Shown: positions 1-10,481 of the stretch, one piece after another
How positions within the stretch are numbered: position 1 is the stretch's first letter
Layout of the letters: every line of letters starts with the position of its first letter
Assembly (NCBI GenBank): GCA_043754455.1
Contig: JAYUUT010000110.1
Coordinates: forward strand, 10,588 to 74,587
Origin: Myxococcales bacterium
GTDB taxonomy: Bacteria; Myxococcota_A; Polyangia; Fen-1088
Direction of reading: 5' to 3'
DNA: 64,000 bases
The notes under the pieces: generated by a model
Seen by the model: only the letters and a program-made list of their open reading frames with translations
The model's database searches: none
Told to the model about the DNA's origin: nothing
Program-made: the position numbers and the translations under genes

Positions 1-180
1 GGCTTTCCCGATTGTTATCAACAAATGTGGGCCGCGTTTCTTGCCGAACGGGCGGGCGTCCTGGGCGACAGGTTGGGGTGTGTGACCGTGGATGAAGCCG
101 TGGCAAGCCATGATCTGTTCGCGGCCGCGATGGTTTCACATAAGGAAAAATCGGTCGTGACGGTTCAGGCCAGCCGATGA
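1..180 (+). CDS. 3' end of an upstream gene, truncated by the window start; function unknown
   Basis: Frame-1 ORF runs from base 1 to a TGA at 178-180 (...AMVSHKEKSVVTVQASR*). No domain recognised. Confidence 0.4.
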   Translation, partial: GFPDCYQQMWAAFLAERAGVLGDRLGCVTVDEAVASHDLFAAAMVSHKEKSVVTVQASR

Positions 181-208
181 CCCCCATCGCATTGATGGAC
201 AGCGACTG

Positions 209-1291
209 GTGCGACGCCGCCTGGTGCGCATGAGCCCCGTCAAAATCGCATCAAAGTCACGTTGTGGGATTCTGGCGGCGGGCAACTTCATCGTTGATCG
301 CGTTGCGATGATCGACAGGTATCCCCAACAGGACGCGTGCGTGTCGATTTCCGGCACGACCCTGTCCAACGGGGGCGCGCCCTTCAACGCTTTATGCGAC
401 TGGGCACGCCTAGGCGTGAAATTTCCCTTGTACGCCGCGGGGCTGATTGGGCGTGACCCCGAAGGCGATTTCATCACCCAGATATTGCGGGATAGCGGCG
501 TGGACATATCGCGCATGAAACGTCACCCAAAGGCGCGCACGTCGTACAGCGAAATCCTGACCGAAACGTCATCAGGACGCCGCACCATCTTCCACCATCA
601 GGGGGCCAGCGCCTTTGTAGGTCCGGACTGTCTGGACATGTCACCAGGACGAAGAGGTGACCCCGGTGCAAAGATTTTTCTACTGGCCTTTATTGCCTTG
701 CTGACCCGCATGGATCGCCCCGACCGCAGGTTCGGAACCGTCGGGGCACGCACCTTGGCCACCGCGCGCGCCCAAGGATATGTCACCGCCGCAGACGTCG
801 TCACTGATCTCAGCGGGCGGCTGCCCGAATTGGTCGACGCCGCCCTTCCTCATCTTGATTTTTTCTTTTGCAACGAACTAGAAGCCAGCACCTTGACCGG
901 CCTGCAAATGCGATCGCGCAAGGGCAAGCTGGACCCCATAGCGTTGGAAAAAGCCGCCGGCATTCTGGCCCGCCGGGGCGATCGCAGCACAGTCGTCATT
1001 CACGCCGCCGAAGGCGCGTTGGCCTTTGCGCCCCAAGGCGTCCCCTATTTTCAAGGCAGCGTCAACATGCCGTCGCGGTTAATCGTGGGGACCAATGGGG
1101 CAGGCGACGCGTTCTTGGCCGGATTTCTCGCAGGTGTTCACGACGGGGCCCCTCCTGCACAATGCCTTCGTCTCGGTGTGTGCGTGGCGGCGGCGTCGCT
1201 AACCGACGGGACGCCGTCCGCAGGTGTGCGCGCGCTGCGTGCCTGCCTGGCCCTGGGCAAACGCCACGGCTTCCGAAGCGATTTGCTCTAA
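209..1291 (+). CDS. PfkB-family carbohydrate kinase (ribokinase/fructokinase-like)
   Basis: N-terminal 'GILAAGNFIVD' glycine motif and C-terminal 'GTNGAGDAFLAGFLAG' (the DTxGAGD anion-hole motif of the ribokinase superfamily). The track start at 209 is a GTG; an in-frame ATG at 230 (MSPVKIAS...) is an alternative start. Confidence 0.8.
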   Translation: MRRRLVRMSPVKIASKSRCGILAAGNFIVDRVAMIDRYPQQDACVSISGTTLSNGGAPFNALCDWARLGVKFPLYAAGLIGRDPEGDFITQILRDSGVDISRMKRHPKARTSYSEILTETSSGRRTIFHHQGASAFVGPDCLDMSPGRRGDPGAKIFLLAFIALLTRMDRPDRRFGTVGARTLATARAQGYVTAADVVTDLSGRLPELVDAALPHLDFFFCNELEASTLTGLQMRSRKGKLDPIALEKAAGILARRGDRSTVVIHAAEGALAFAPQGVPYFQGSVNMPSRLIVGTNGAGDAFLAGFLAGVHDGAPPAQCLRLGVCVAAASLTDGTPSAGVRALRACLALGKRHGFRSDLL

Positions 1292-1418
1292 CCAAAACCG
1301 GACCGACACGATTCGATGTTGCCAGGGTAGGTGCTGAGGGGTCAAAGTGGGGATCGGCGCCGCAGCGTAACGTGATGGAAGCGGCGGTTGGTGACTATCG
1401 GTTTTCGAGGAGGCAAGC

Positions 1419-2600
1419 ATGAAACCATCCCCACATTGTGAACGTCCGTTGCGGTGGGCCCCATTTTGGTTGGCGACCGTGCTGGTCATTCAGGGCGCCT
1501 GCGGGGGCGTCAAGGACCAGACGGGGGATCCAGCCCCGGTGGTGGACAACGGTTCCGGAGGCACCGCCGGGAAGACCGGCGCCGCACAGCCAACAGGCGT
1601 TGCCGGTGCCAGCGGTGCGGCGGGACCCACGGGAGCCGGGGGCACAACGGCTGGGGCCACGGGCGGTACCACCGGGACCATGGGCACCGGAGGCACGACA
1701 GCCGCGGGTGGAACCACGGGACGCGGCGGCACGACGGGTAGTGGCGGTTCAACGGGAACAGGTGGTACAGCCGGAACGGGTGGCGCGGCCGGCACGCCGG
1801 ATGCCGCGGGACCTGTCGGCCCATCGGGAGTCTTCATCAACATCGCAGGCACGATGGTGCCGAAGGAAAAGGCCATCGTCTTTATTCACTTCGGCCATTC
1901 CAACATGGTCGGACACGGAACCGGCACGACCGAACTGACCGACTACTTCTTCAAACCCCAGGCTCGATTGTGGAGTTACGACGGCACGACGTTTACCCCC
2001 GCCAAGGAACGAACGGCCGTCCAGCTCGCCAGCACCGACCAGATGGGCGGAGGCCCGGGGATGGCCTTGCTCAAGGCCGCCGCAGCCCTCGCGGGACCGG
2101 ACTACCATTTCATTTCGGTCGCAAAAGCGTTGGGAGTCTTTGATACGACCACCTGGCAAAAAGGAGGGCCCCTGTACACAGAATTGCTGGCCCGAACCCG
2201 CGGACTTAAGGGCAAGGTGACCTTCGGCGGCGCCTTCGTCATGCTGGGTGTCACCGATCGTCACCTCAAAGAGTCCGACTGGCCCAAATTCCCCGAACGT
2301 TTCACCGCGATCATCAAAGATCTTCGCGCAGACATGGGAGAGCCCACCCTTCCGATTCTTGAATGCGACTATGAGGTGGGCGCCACCGCGTCGGATATCG
2401 TCATCGGTAGTCCTTTCGCCAAGATCATGCGTCCCTTGCTGACATCCCTGCCGACGAAGATTACGAACCTGGCGCTGGTTCCCGCCGACGGGGTTGGCAT
2501 GCAAGATGATCACCATTTCAGCCTGGCGGGCCACAAGGTTTGGGCGGATCGCGCCGTGAACATCATGAAGGAAAAGGGCTGGTTCCCTTGGGCGAAGTGA
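1419..2600 (+). CDS. Secreted lipoprotein with a Gly/Thr-rich linker and a SASA/DUF303 sialate-O-acetylesterase-like (SGNH-type) domain
   Basis: Good RBS (gaggagg) before the ATG. Signal peptide with lipobox 'VIQGAC'. About 110-aa G/T/A low-complexity linker. 'FIHFGHSNMVGHG' matches the GQSNMxG block of carbohydrate esterase DUF303. Confidence 0.7.
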   Translation: MKPSPHCERPLRWAPFWLATVLVIQGACGGVKDQTGDPAPVVDNGSGGTAGKTGAAQPTGVAGASGAAGPTGAGGTTAGATGGTTGTMGTGGTTAAGGTTGRGGTTGSGGSTGTGGTAGTGGAAGTPDAAGPVGPSGVFINIAGTMVPKEKAIVFIHFGHSNMVGHGTGTTELTDYFFKPQARLWSYDGTTFTPAKERTAVQLASTDQMGGGPGMALLKAAAALAGPDYHFISVAKALGVFDTTTWQKGGPLYTELLARTRGLKGKVTFGGAFVMLGVTDRHLKESDWPKFPERFTAIIKDLRADMGEPTLPILECDYEVGATASDIVIGSPFAKIMRPLLTSLPTKITNLALVPADGVGMQDDHHFSLAGHKVWADRAVNIMKEKGWFPWAK

Positions 2601-2609
2601 CATGAATCC

Positions 2610-5600
2610 GTGGGTGTAGCCGACAATACCAATCCGCAACCCGCTCCCGATTCGGCAGGCGGCGGTGCCTTATTTTCAGGGTCCGCGCCTTTTGTAGGGC
2701 GGCAGCACGAACTCGATCAGATCGCCGAGGCGTTGCGCGAAGCCTTGACGGGACGGGGTCGCATCTTGCTTCTGTCCGGCGAGCCCGGCATCGGCAAGAC
2801 CCGACTGGCCGACGAGGCAACCGCGGCGGCGGCGCGCGCGGGGGTCACGGTTCTGTGGGGCCGCTGCTGGGAATCGGGCGGCGCGCCCGCCTACTGGCCC
2901 TGGCTGGACGTGCTTTCGAACCTGGCGTGCGGGCTGGACGATTCGACGCTGACCAAGACCCTGGGTGACGGCGCCATGCTGCTGGCCGATCTGCTGCCGG
3001 AACTACGCGACCGCGTGAATCATTCAGGCGCGCTCGTTGGTGCCGCGCCTCCCAATCCTGATGAGGCCCGGTTTCGATTGTGGCGCGCGGTTGCCGCGCT
3101 GGTTCGTTGCGCGACCGCCGATAAAGGCATCCTCGTCGTGATCGACGATCTTCATTCCGCCGATCGCGCGTCCCTGCTGTTGCTGCATTTTCTCGCCCGC
3201 GAACTGCGATCGATGCGCATGCTTGTGATTGCCAGCTACCGCGATGTGGAGGCGCGGATGGACGCCGAGGCCGGCGAACTTTTGTCGCGCATTGCCCGCG
3301 AGGGCATGACATTGTCGCTTTCACGGCTCGGTCCCGAGTCGGTCGGCAGCTTCTTGCGAAAGCGATCTGGCGCAGCCCTGGGCGCAAACCTCGACGCTGT
3401 CGAAAACACCTTGTTCGAAAGAACGCAGGGCAACCCGCTTTTCCTCACCGAAATGGCGCGCCTTCTCGATGACCAAGGCGCGGCCGCCATCGCTGCGGGT
3501 GCCGTGCCCGATGGCGTCCGCGATGTCATACGGCAGCGTCTGCGCAACGTACCCGTGTCGGCGCGCCCCTTGCTTGATCTGGCGGCCGTGGCGGGTGATG
3601 AACCCGACGTGGCGTTGCTGGCCGCAGCGTCGGGTCGTCATACGTCCGACGTCGATCTGACCCTGTCGGAGGCGGTCCGCACCGGCGTGCTGGCGGTCCG
3701 CGCGGGGCGCCGTCGGTTCTCGCACGCGCTGGTGCGTGAGGTTCTGTATCGCGATCTAGATCCTGAGAACCGGCGCGTGTTGCATGGGCAAGTGGCAACC
3801 GCACTTGAACGCCTGCACCAGCACGATCCCGTGCCACCGCTCGCCGAACTTGCCTACCACAGCATCGAGGGCCCCGTCGCGGGCCTGTCGCGCGCGGTTG
3901 ATTTCGCCGAACGTGCCGCCCGACGCGCGCTCGACCTGGTTGCCTACGACGAGGCTGTCGCGATTCTCGAACGTGCCGCCACCGCGCTCGATTCGTTCGG
4001 GCATATGCCTCTGCCCAGAGCGCATGTGCTGCTGGCGCTGGCCGAAGCCCGGATCCGGCGCGGCGAAAGCGCAATCGGAAAAACGCTGTGTCGAGAGGTC
4101 GCTGGAACCGCCCGCAACCTGGGAGACGCCGATCTCCTGGCACGTGCGGCCCTGGCTTACGGAACAGTTTTCACCTTCGCAGTCGTCGATCCGGTCTTGG
4201 TCGACCTGCTGGAGGAAGCCCTGGCGGCCTTACCTTCCGGTGACAGCCTGCGCCGGGCGGCCTTGCTGGCCCGGCTGGGGGCAGCGCTGCAACCGGCCCT
4301 CAAGACCAATGAACCCGTGGTTATCGCGCGCGAAGCCATGGCGATGGCCCGACGCCTGGGCGATCGCCAAACCTTGCTGCAAACCATGTTCACGGGGTTG
4401 TCGGCGATGATGAACGTCAGCGACGCGCGTGAATGCCAGGCGTTGAACCACGAAGTGGAACAGCTTGCGACCGCTTTGGACGATCGCGACCGCCTGATCA
4501 TCACCCATGCGCGGCTCGTGGTCGATCACATGGAACAGGGCGATCTGCCACCTGCGGACGCTCGTATTGCAGCCTTCGAAAAACTGGCCGAAGAACTGCG
4601 CGCCCCGTGGCACGCGTGGCGCGGCCCCCTGATGCGGTCAATGCGGGCGTTGTTCCACGGCCACTTTGCCTTGGCCGAAGAACTAGCCGCAGAGGCCACC
4701 CGCCTTGGGCGCGCCGCAGGTGATCCTCAGGTCGAACGCTGCATGTTGCTGCATCGAGAAAGTTTTCTGCGCGCTGCCGAGCGACACGAAGAGATGCTGG
4801 CGCATGACCCGAACGCCCGCCGCGAACGCAGCCCGCTTGCCAATGCATCCATGTGGCAGGCTATCTGTTCAGCCCTGACGTTCTCGCGCGTCGAGGACCG
4901 GGAAAACACCCGCATGCATCTAGATCTGCTGCCGAATCCAACGCGCACCTTCGACAACGTGTTTGGGCTGTTTTTCTTCGCCGAACCTGCCGCCTTCTGC
5001 GGTTCCCTCGAAGTTGTGCAGATCTGCCATGACCTTCTGTTGCCCGCCGTCCATCGCGACGTGATGTTCGGGATGTCCTGGATGTCCTGGGAAGGGCCCG
5101 TGACACGACTCATGGGGCTACTCAGCGCGCGTCTGCAACGCTGGGACGAGGCGTGCGGTTATTTTGAATCGGCGATTGCGCGCTGCCAAAAATTAGACGC
5201 CCGCCCATATCTTGCGCGCACCCGCTACGAATACGGGCGGGCGCTGATGGACCGCGCCCTTCCCGGTGACGCGAACAAGGCGCGGATCCTGATCGAGGCG
5301 GCTCATGCGCTCGCCGTTGACCTCGGGCAGACTGGACTTGTGCGGCTGGCCAATCTGCGCCTTGCCGGGTTGAACCCAGACACACACAATGCCCTGCTGA
5401 CACCCCCCACGTCCTCCTTCACGATGGTTGACGAGGGCGAGTGCTGGGCTATCACGTATCGCGGTGCCACCTTTCGTCTGAAGGACAGCTTGGGCCTGCG
5501 CTACCTCGCGCGTCTGCTTGCGGCGCCCAACCAAGAATTGCACGTGATGGATCTGGTCGGATCGCGCACAGTTGTCGACGGAAACGCGGTCACCGCCGTG

Positions 5601-5951
5601 GATGGTGGCGACGCTGGCGAATTGCTCGACGAGGAGGCGCGCGCCACGTACCGCTCCCGGCTCGACGATCTGCGCGAGGAACTGGCCGAAGCCGAGTCCT
5701 TCTTTGACACAGGACGTGCCACCCGGGCCCGCGCAGAGATTGAATTTTTGGCCGCCGAACTGTCGCGCGCGGTGGGACTCGGGGGCCGGACCCGCCGCGC
5801 CGGGGGGGCGTCCGAACGGGCACGTAGCGCCGTGCAACGCCGGATCAAGGACATGATCGCCCGCATCGCCACGCATTCGCCGGAACTGGCCGCAATTCTG
5901 ACGCGAAGCGTTCGCACCGGCAACTTCTGCGAATACCGCGCCAACGTCTAG
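2610..5951 (+). CDS. Large STAND-class (AAA_16) NTPase with TPR-like helical repeats; putative signal-transduction regulator
   Basis: GTG start. Walker A 'LLSGEPGIGKTRLADEA' and Walker B 'ILVVIDDLH' near the N-terminus. Long alpha-helical Leu/Ala-rich repeat region. No canonical LuxR or SARP HTH is recognisable; the C-terminal ~150 aa (FRLKDSLGLRYLARLL...) is unassigned. Confidence 0.75.
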   Translation: MGVADNTNPQPAPDSAGGGALFSGSAPFVGRQHELDQIAEALREALTGRGRILLLSGEPGIGKTRLADEATAAAARAGVTVLWGRCWESGGAPAYWPWLDVLSNLACGLDDSTLTKTLGDGAMLLADLLPELRDRVNHSGALVGAAPPNPDEARFRLWRAVAALVRCATADKGILVVIDDLHSADRASLLLLHFLARELRSMRMLVIASYRDVEARMDAEAGELLSRIAREGMTLSLSRLGPESVGSFLRKRSGAALGANLDAVENTLFERTQGNPLFLTEMARLLDDQGAAAIAAGAVPDGVRDVIRQRLRNVPVSARPLLDLAAVAGDEPDVALLAAASGRHTSDVDLTLSEAVRTGVLAVRAGRRRFSHALVREVLYRDLDPENRRVLHGQVATALERLHQHDPVPPLAELAYHSIEGPVAGLSRAVDFAERAARRALDLVAYDEAVAILERAATALDSFGHMPLPRAHVLLALAEARIRRGESAIGKTLCREVAGTARNLGDADLLARAALAYGTVFTFAVVDPVLVDLLEEALAALPSGDSLRRAALLARLGAALQPALKTNEPVVIAREAMAMARRLGDRQTLLQTMFTGLSAMMNVSDARECQALNHEVEQLATALDDRDRLIITHARLVVDHMEQGDLPPADARIAAFEKLAEELRAPWHAWRGPLMRSMRALFHGHFALAEELAAEATRLGRAAGDPQVERCMLLHRESFLRAAERHEEMLAHDPNARRERSPLANASMWQAICSALTFSRVEDRENTRMHLDLLPNPTRTFDNVFGLFFFAEPAAFCGSLEVVQICHDLLLPAVHRDVMFGMSWMSWEGPVTRLMGLLSARLQRWDEACGYFESAIARCQKLDARPYLARTRYEYGRALMDRALPGDANKARILIEAAHALAVDLGQTGLVRLANLRLAGLNPDTHNALLTPPTSSFTMVDEGECWAITYRGATFRLKDSLGLRYLARLLAAPNQELHVMDLVGSRTVVDGNAVTAVDGGDAGELLDEEARATYRSRLDDLREELAEAESFFDTGRATRARAEIEFLAAELSRAVGLGGRTRRAGGASERARSAVQRRIKDMIARIATHSPELAAILTRSVRTGNFCEYRANV

Positions 5952-6021
5952 GCACGGGCCCCCGCACACGGAACGGAACGTTCCGTTCCATGTCACGCCT
6001 TGTAGGTCAGGAGAACCAACC

Positions 6022-6627
6022 ATGACCAGTGCCGCCCGGAAGCGCTTGCACGACGGATTGCGCGATCTGTACCAGCGCAAGGCCAGCGCCATGACCCGCC
6101 GGCCGGTCTTCGCGGAGGGTTCGGGGCACGCGCGGGCGCGGCTTGGCGACGGTATGATCTGCGACGTCGACCACGGCACGCGCCGGATGCAGGTCGATCT
6201 GCCCGCCGAGGAAGGGGGCACCGCGACCGCTCCGCATCCGGGCGAACTGATGCGCGCCAGCCTCGGCGGCTGCCTCGCGTTTGGCTACCGACTGTGGGGC
6301 GCTCGGCTCGACGTTTCGATAGCATCGGTCGAGATCGACATCACGTGCACTTACGACACGCGCGGCCAGATGGGCGTGTCCGACGATGTACCCGTCGGCT
6401 GGCAAACCCTGAACATCAGCGTCACGATCGTCAGCGACGCACCGGAAGCCGAAGTGCGCAGGGTGGTCCAGACCGCTGACCGGATGAGCCCGATGCTGGC
6501 CAATATTTCCGCCGACGTGAAACGTTCGCACCGGCTGACGGTATTGACCGAAGGAACGAAATGTTCTGTTCAAGGTCACGCCTTGATTGCGAACCGGATC
6601 GAAAACCAGTCACCACACAAAGGATAG
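6022..6627 (+). CDS. OsmC/Ohr-family peroxiredoxin-like protein
   Basis: OsmC-fold signature with paired Cys ('LGGCLAFGY' and 'ITCTYDT'). The ORF length is compatible, though the start or C-terminal tail may be shorter than called. Confidence 0.7.
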   Translation: MTSAARKRLHDGLRDLYQRKASAMTRRPVFAEGSGHARARLGDGMICDVDHGTRRMQVDLPAEEGGTATAPHPGELMRASLGGCLAFGYRLWGARLDVSIASVEIDITCTYDTRGQMGVSDDVPVGWQTLNISVTIVSDAPEAEVRRVVQTADRMSPMLANISADVKRSHRLTVLTEGTKCSVQGHALIANRIENQSPHKG

Positions 6628-6632
6628 AAACC

Positions 6633-7574
6633 ATGAAAACTCAGCTCAAAATCAAGATCCTCCCCTTCATCCTCCTGCTCGGCGTCGGCGCGGCCGCGCT
6701 GGGGACCGAACGTTCAGCGGCGGCAGACAGCACAGCGGTAGCCGCTGCCAAGGCCGACATCGGCAAGACGCTGGGCTTCGTGCCAGACTTCTTCTTGAAG
6801 TTCCCGGCGGTGGCGCTACCCGGCACATGGACAGAGATGAAATCGTTGCAGTTGAACCCGAACACGGCACTTGCGCCCCGACTTAAGGAGCTCATCGGTC
6901 TTGCGGTGGCCGCCCAGGTCCCCTGTCACTACTGCATCGTCGCACACACAGAATTCGCCAAGCTCAATGGCGCGTCCGGCGATGAAATTGGTGAAGCGGT
7001 CGCAATGGCGGCCATCACGCGACACTGGAGTACTTTTCTCAATGGCATTCAGACCGACGAGACCAAGTTCCGTGCCGAGATCGACAAGGTCGTCGCCAAC
7101 GTGAAAACAGCCATGGCCCATCCTCCTGCCACCCCGGGACCAGCTATCGCGGTGGTCGATGGCGACAGCGCGGTCAAAGAGATGACCAATCTGCTGGGGG
7201 GTTACGCGCCGGAGTTCTTGCGCACGTTCCCGACTCAGGGCCGTGCCGGGGCCTGGACCGCGATGCGCGACGTGCAACTAAGCCCCGCCACCAAACTCAG
7301 CGGCAAATCCAAGGAACTGATCGGCCTTGCGGTCGCGTCGCAGGTCCCTTGCCAGTTCTGCATCATTGCCCACACGGAATTTGCTAAATTGAACGGTGCC
7401 ACCGACGCCGAGATCAAAGAAGCCATCGGCATGGCCGCCTTGACCCGCGACCTCAGCACCCAGTTGAACGGCATGCAGATCGATATGGCGCAATTCCACC
7501 GCGACGTGGACCGGCTGGTCAAGGGTGCCCGCGCCGCCGCGCAAAAACCGAAGGCGACAGCACAGGCGCGCTGA
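6633..7574 (+). CDS. Secreted protein with two tandem AhpD-like/carboxymuconolactone-decarboxylase (CMD) domains
   Basis: ATG at 6633 followed by the signal peptide 'MKTQLKIKILPFILLLGVGAAALG'. Two internal repeats each carry the 'L(I/A)GLAVA(A/S)QV(P)C(H/Q)(Y/F)CI(V/I)AHTEFAKLNGA' CxxC-H motif typical of AhpD/CMD. It lies downstream of OsmC, suggesting an oxidative-stress pair. Confidence 0.75.
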   Translation: MKTQLKIKILPFILLLGVGAAALGTERSAAADSTAVAAAKADIGKTLGFVPDFFLKFPAVALPGTWTEMKSLQLNPNTALAPRLKELIGLAVAAQVPCHYCIVAHTEFAKLNGASGDEIGEAVAMAAITRHWSTFLNGIQTDETKFRAEIDKVVANVKTAMAHPPATPGPAIAVVDGDSAVKEMTNLLGGYAPEFLRTFPTQGRAGAWTAMRDVQLSPATKLSGKSKELIGLAVASQVPCQFCIIAHTEFAKLNGATDAEIKEAIGMAALTRDLSTQLNGMQIDMAQFHRDVDRLVKGARAAAQKPKATAQAR

Positions 7575-7725
7575 ACCGCCCCGCCCAAACGTCGCACTGT
7601 CTGTCCGCGACGCTAGGAAAAGCCGGTGTGGCCTTGGTCGCCACCCGGCTTTTTTGCGCATTGCTACAATGCGCAGGGACGAGGGTTGCTTATTATTTGG
7701 CCATGTGTCAGTGGTTGTGCGACAA

Positions 7726-10293
7726 ATGCCTACCTCTAAAGTTCTGTCCATGCTGGCCCTTGGGGCCTTTGTTTCCACCTCCTGCCAAGGGCCGCCCGAC
7801 GCGTCCCCTCAGGCGCACCTCAATCTGCTTGCCCCGACAGGCGGCGGTTCATTCGCTACCTCACGGGTCGCCAGCAACTTTGACCGGCCCACACAAATGG
7901 CGGTGGCTCCTGACGGACGCGTGTTCGTCCTGGAACAAGGGGGAACGATCCGCGTGGTCAAAGACGGCTTGGCGTTGCCGACACCATTCGTCACCTTGTC
8001 GAACGTGTTTTCCACGGGAGACTACGGTCTGTTGGGCATCGCTTTTGATCCGAACTTTGGGATTGATCCGAACTTTGCGACCTATAATTACCTGTATGTG
8101 TTTTACGCCGTTGCGGGAACGCCAGGGCATACGCGCATCAGCCGGCTGACGGCGAATGGCGACGTTGTCCAAAGTGGCAGCGAATACCTGATCTTCCAAC
8201 TAGATGACCGTACCCAAGACGCCACGCACATGGGTGGGTCGTTGAACATTGGCGCCGACGGCAGGTTGTACATCTTCACCGGATCGCCCAACGATCACTG
8301 GGAATACTCCCAGGCCCTGACCAGTACGTTCGGCAAGGTGTTGCGCATAAATACCGATCGCAGCATTCCTGACGACAACCCCTACTACACGACGGCCACA
8401 GGAAAATACCGGGCCATCTGGGCCAGGGGGTTGCGCAACCCTTACACAGCCGCTGTTCAACCCGGCACGAACACGATGTACATCAACGACAACGGCCAAG
8501 ACAGCTGGGAAGAAATCAATGCGCTGGCAAGGAACGCCAACTACGGTTGGCCTGACCGCGAAGGCAACACAGGAACGGTTATGCTTGCCGATTATGTTGG
8601 TCCCATCAGCGTCTACGCGCACGGTGACGGCGATGCCTTGGGCAAATCCGCTGTCGGCGCAGCTTTTTACAACCCGACCACGACGCAGTTCCCAGCGTCC
8701 TTTGTGGGCAAATATTTCTTCGCAGATTACGTAAACGGTTGGATCAAATACCTTGACCCCCTCAACCTTGCCGCTGCGCCCGTCCTTTTTTCAGCGACCA
8801 ATTTGACCCTGCACCCTTTGGACATCGACGTCGCTCCCGATGGCAGCCTGTACTACCTTTCGCGCGGCGATTCATCGGCACCATCCACCGGCCTTTACCG
8901 CGTGACCTACAACAGTGGGGACGCGGCCCCTGTTTTCACCCAACAACCGGTCAACGTTACGAAGGCCGTTGGGCAAACGGCCACATTCTGCGCCAGTGCC
9001 ACTGGCACACCGACCCCCACGTACCAATGGACGACGCGCGGCGGTTCAAACATCGTGGCAAACATCGTGGGGGCGACCGCGGCCTGTTACACAACGCCTG
9101 CGTTGGTCATCGGCGACAACAACGCCCAGTTCCAGGTTGTGGCCACGAACACCGTGGCCAGCGTATCTAGTGCGACGGCGACCCTCACCGTGGTGGCCAA
9201 CGGCATTCCGGTCCCCAAAATCGTTTCCCCTGCGGTGGGCGCCAAATACAACGCGGGCCAGACGATTTCTTTCTCTGGAACCGGCGCCGATCCGGAAGAC
9301 GGCACGTTGCCGCCGTCAGCGTTCACCTGGTGGATTGAATTTCGCCACAACACCCATACGCACAGTGCTTTGCCACAAACACCCGGCATCACCAGTGGTT
9401 CAATCGTCCCGTCACAAACGGATGAAAAATCAACCGACGTGTCGTATCTGGTACATCTCCGGGTGACAGATCTTCAGGGGTTTTCGGCAGAAACGATGAC
9501 CGAAGTGCAGCCGAATCTTGTGAACCTGACGCTCGCGACCAATCCCGCAGGAATACCCTTAAACTTAGACGGCAGGTCAGTCGCCACGCCTTATGCATTT
9601 TCCAGCGTGGTTGGCACCAAATGGGATTTCGCTGCGCCCTTAACCGGCACCGTGGGTTCCACGGCATACAATTTTTCGAATTGGTCCGACGGCGGCGCGG
9701 CCACACACACCATCGTCGCCCCCAGCGCCACGACCACCTTCACAGCCAACTACAACCCCTACGCGGAAACGTTCAGCAGCGGGACGGCAGCAGGTTGGAC
9801 CTTGAGCACGAACGCCAGCATCGTCAACCAGGCCTTGGTGTACAACTCGTGGTCCACAACCGAAATGTCCTACTACAGCGGGAGATCGTTCACCCCGCCG
9901 TATACCTACAAGGTCGACATCATCAACAGTGGCACCGGCAGCGACGCGAATACGTCGCGGGTCGCCTTTCACCTGCTTGATGCGAACAACTTCCTATACT
10001 TGCAGATGAGCAACGCAACGTCGCCGGGGACAAAGACGGTGACCTTGAACAAGAGGGTCAACGGCGTCGAGACAAGAATTGCGACCTCTGCTGGAAACTA
10101 TCCAACCGCGGGAAAGACCGTTACGATCACCGTGTCAGCCTTGGCGGGGAACAAGTTCAGTGTCACCGCGACAACCAGCGGCGTTTCAAAGACTCTGTTC
10201 AGCAACGTCAGCATCAGCACCTTCACCTCGGGCAAGATTGGCGTGGGGATGCGGTCGTCGAACACGCAGTTCGACAACATCGACGTGAGATAG
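7726..10293 (+). CDS. Lipoprotein with an N-terminal glucose/sorbosone-dehydrogenase-like (GSDH) beta-propeller, followed by Ig-like and beta-sandwich domains
   Basis: ATG at 7726 in frame with the long ORF. Lipobox 'VSTSCQG'. 'GLLGIAFDPNF', 'RNPY' and 'NDNGQDSWEE' blocks are typical of soluble PQQ-type GSDH beta-propellers. The middle region resembles Ig I-set ('QFQVVATN', 'ATLTV'). The C-terminal ~250 aa is beta-rich and unassigned. Confidence 0.7.
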   Translation: MPTSKVLSMLALGAFVSTSCQGPPDASPQAHLNLLAPTGGGSFATSRVASNFDRPTQMAVAPDGRVFVLEQGGTIRVVKDGLALPTPFVTLSNVFSTGDYGLLGIAFDPNFGIDPNFATYNYLYVFYAVAGTPGHTRISRLTANGDVVQSGSEYLIFQLDDRTQDATHMGGSLNIGADGRLYIFTGSPNDHWEYSQALTSTFGKVLRINTDRSIPDDNPYYTTATGKYRAIWARGLRNPYTAAVQPGTNTMYINDNGQDSWEEINALARNANYGWPDREGNTGTVMLADYVGPISVYAHGDGDALGKSAVGAAFYNPTTTQFPASFVGKYFFADYVNGWIKYLDPLNLAAAPVLFSATNLTLHPLDIDVAPDGSLYYLSRGDSSAPSTGLYRVTYNSGDAAPVFTQQPVNVTKAVGQTATFCASATGTPTPTYQWTTRGGSNIVANIVGATAACYTTPALVIGDNNAQFQVVATNTVASVSSATATLTVVANGIPVPKIVSPAVGAKYNAGQTISFSGTGADPEDGTLPPSAFTWWIEFRHNTHTHSALPQTPGITSGSIVPSQTDEKSTDVSYLVHLRVTDLQGFSAETMTEVQPNLVNLTLATNPAGIPLNLDGRSVATPYAFSSVVGTKWDFAAPLTGTVGSTAYNFSNWSDGGAATHTIVAPSATTTFTANYNPYAETFSSGTAAGWTLSTNASIVNQALVYNSWSTTEMSYYSGRSFTPPYTYKVDIINSGTGSDANTSRVAFHLLDANNFLYLQMSNATSPGTKTVTLNKRVNGVETRIATSAGNYPTAGKTVTITVSALAGNKFSVTATTSGVSKTLFSNVSISTFTSGKIGVGMRSSNTQFDNIDVR

Positions 10294-10317
10294 GTCCCGC
10301 CCTTCGTGGTATATCGC

Positions 10318-10362
10318 GCCAACGTAACGCGCTAAAAATATTGCGTTACGTTGGCATTTTCG
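10318..10362 (+). terminator. Putative intrinsic terminator after the GSDH lipoprotein gene
   Basis: Perfect 13-bp inverted repeat 'gccaacgtaacgc' / 'gcgttacgttggc' with a 12-nt AT-rich loop, followed by 'cattttcgcttctattt'. Confidence 0.45.
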
Positions 10363-10481
10363 CTTCTATTTCCGGTCGATCTCGTCGGCCTGTTGGTGAT
10401 ACAACTCGCACCCGCAGGTCCGAGCCGATTTGTCGGACATCACGAATGGCAGGAAACACCGTAAGCATCTGAAATCACAAC

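Noticed and set aside
5193-6221. 342-aa minus-strand ORF spanning the end of the STAND gene and the OsmC gene
   Set aside because: Arg/Pro/Ala-rich, low-complexity translation antisense to two well-supported genes. It is the typical shadow ORF of GC-rich DNA.
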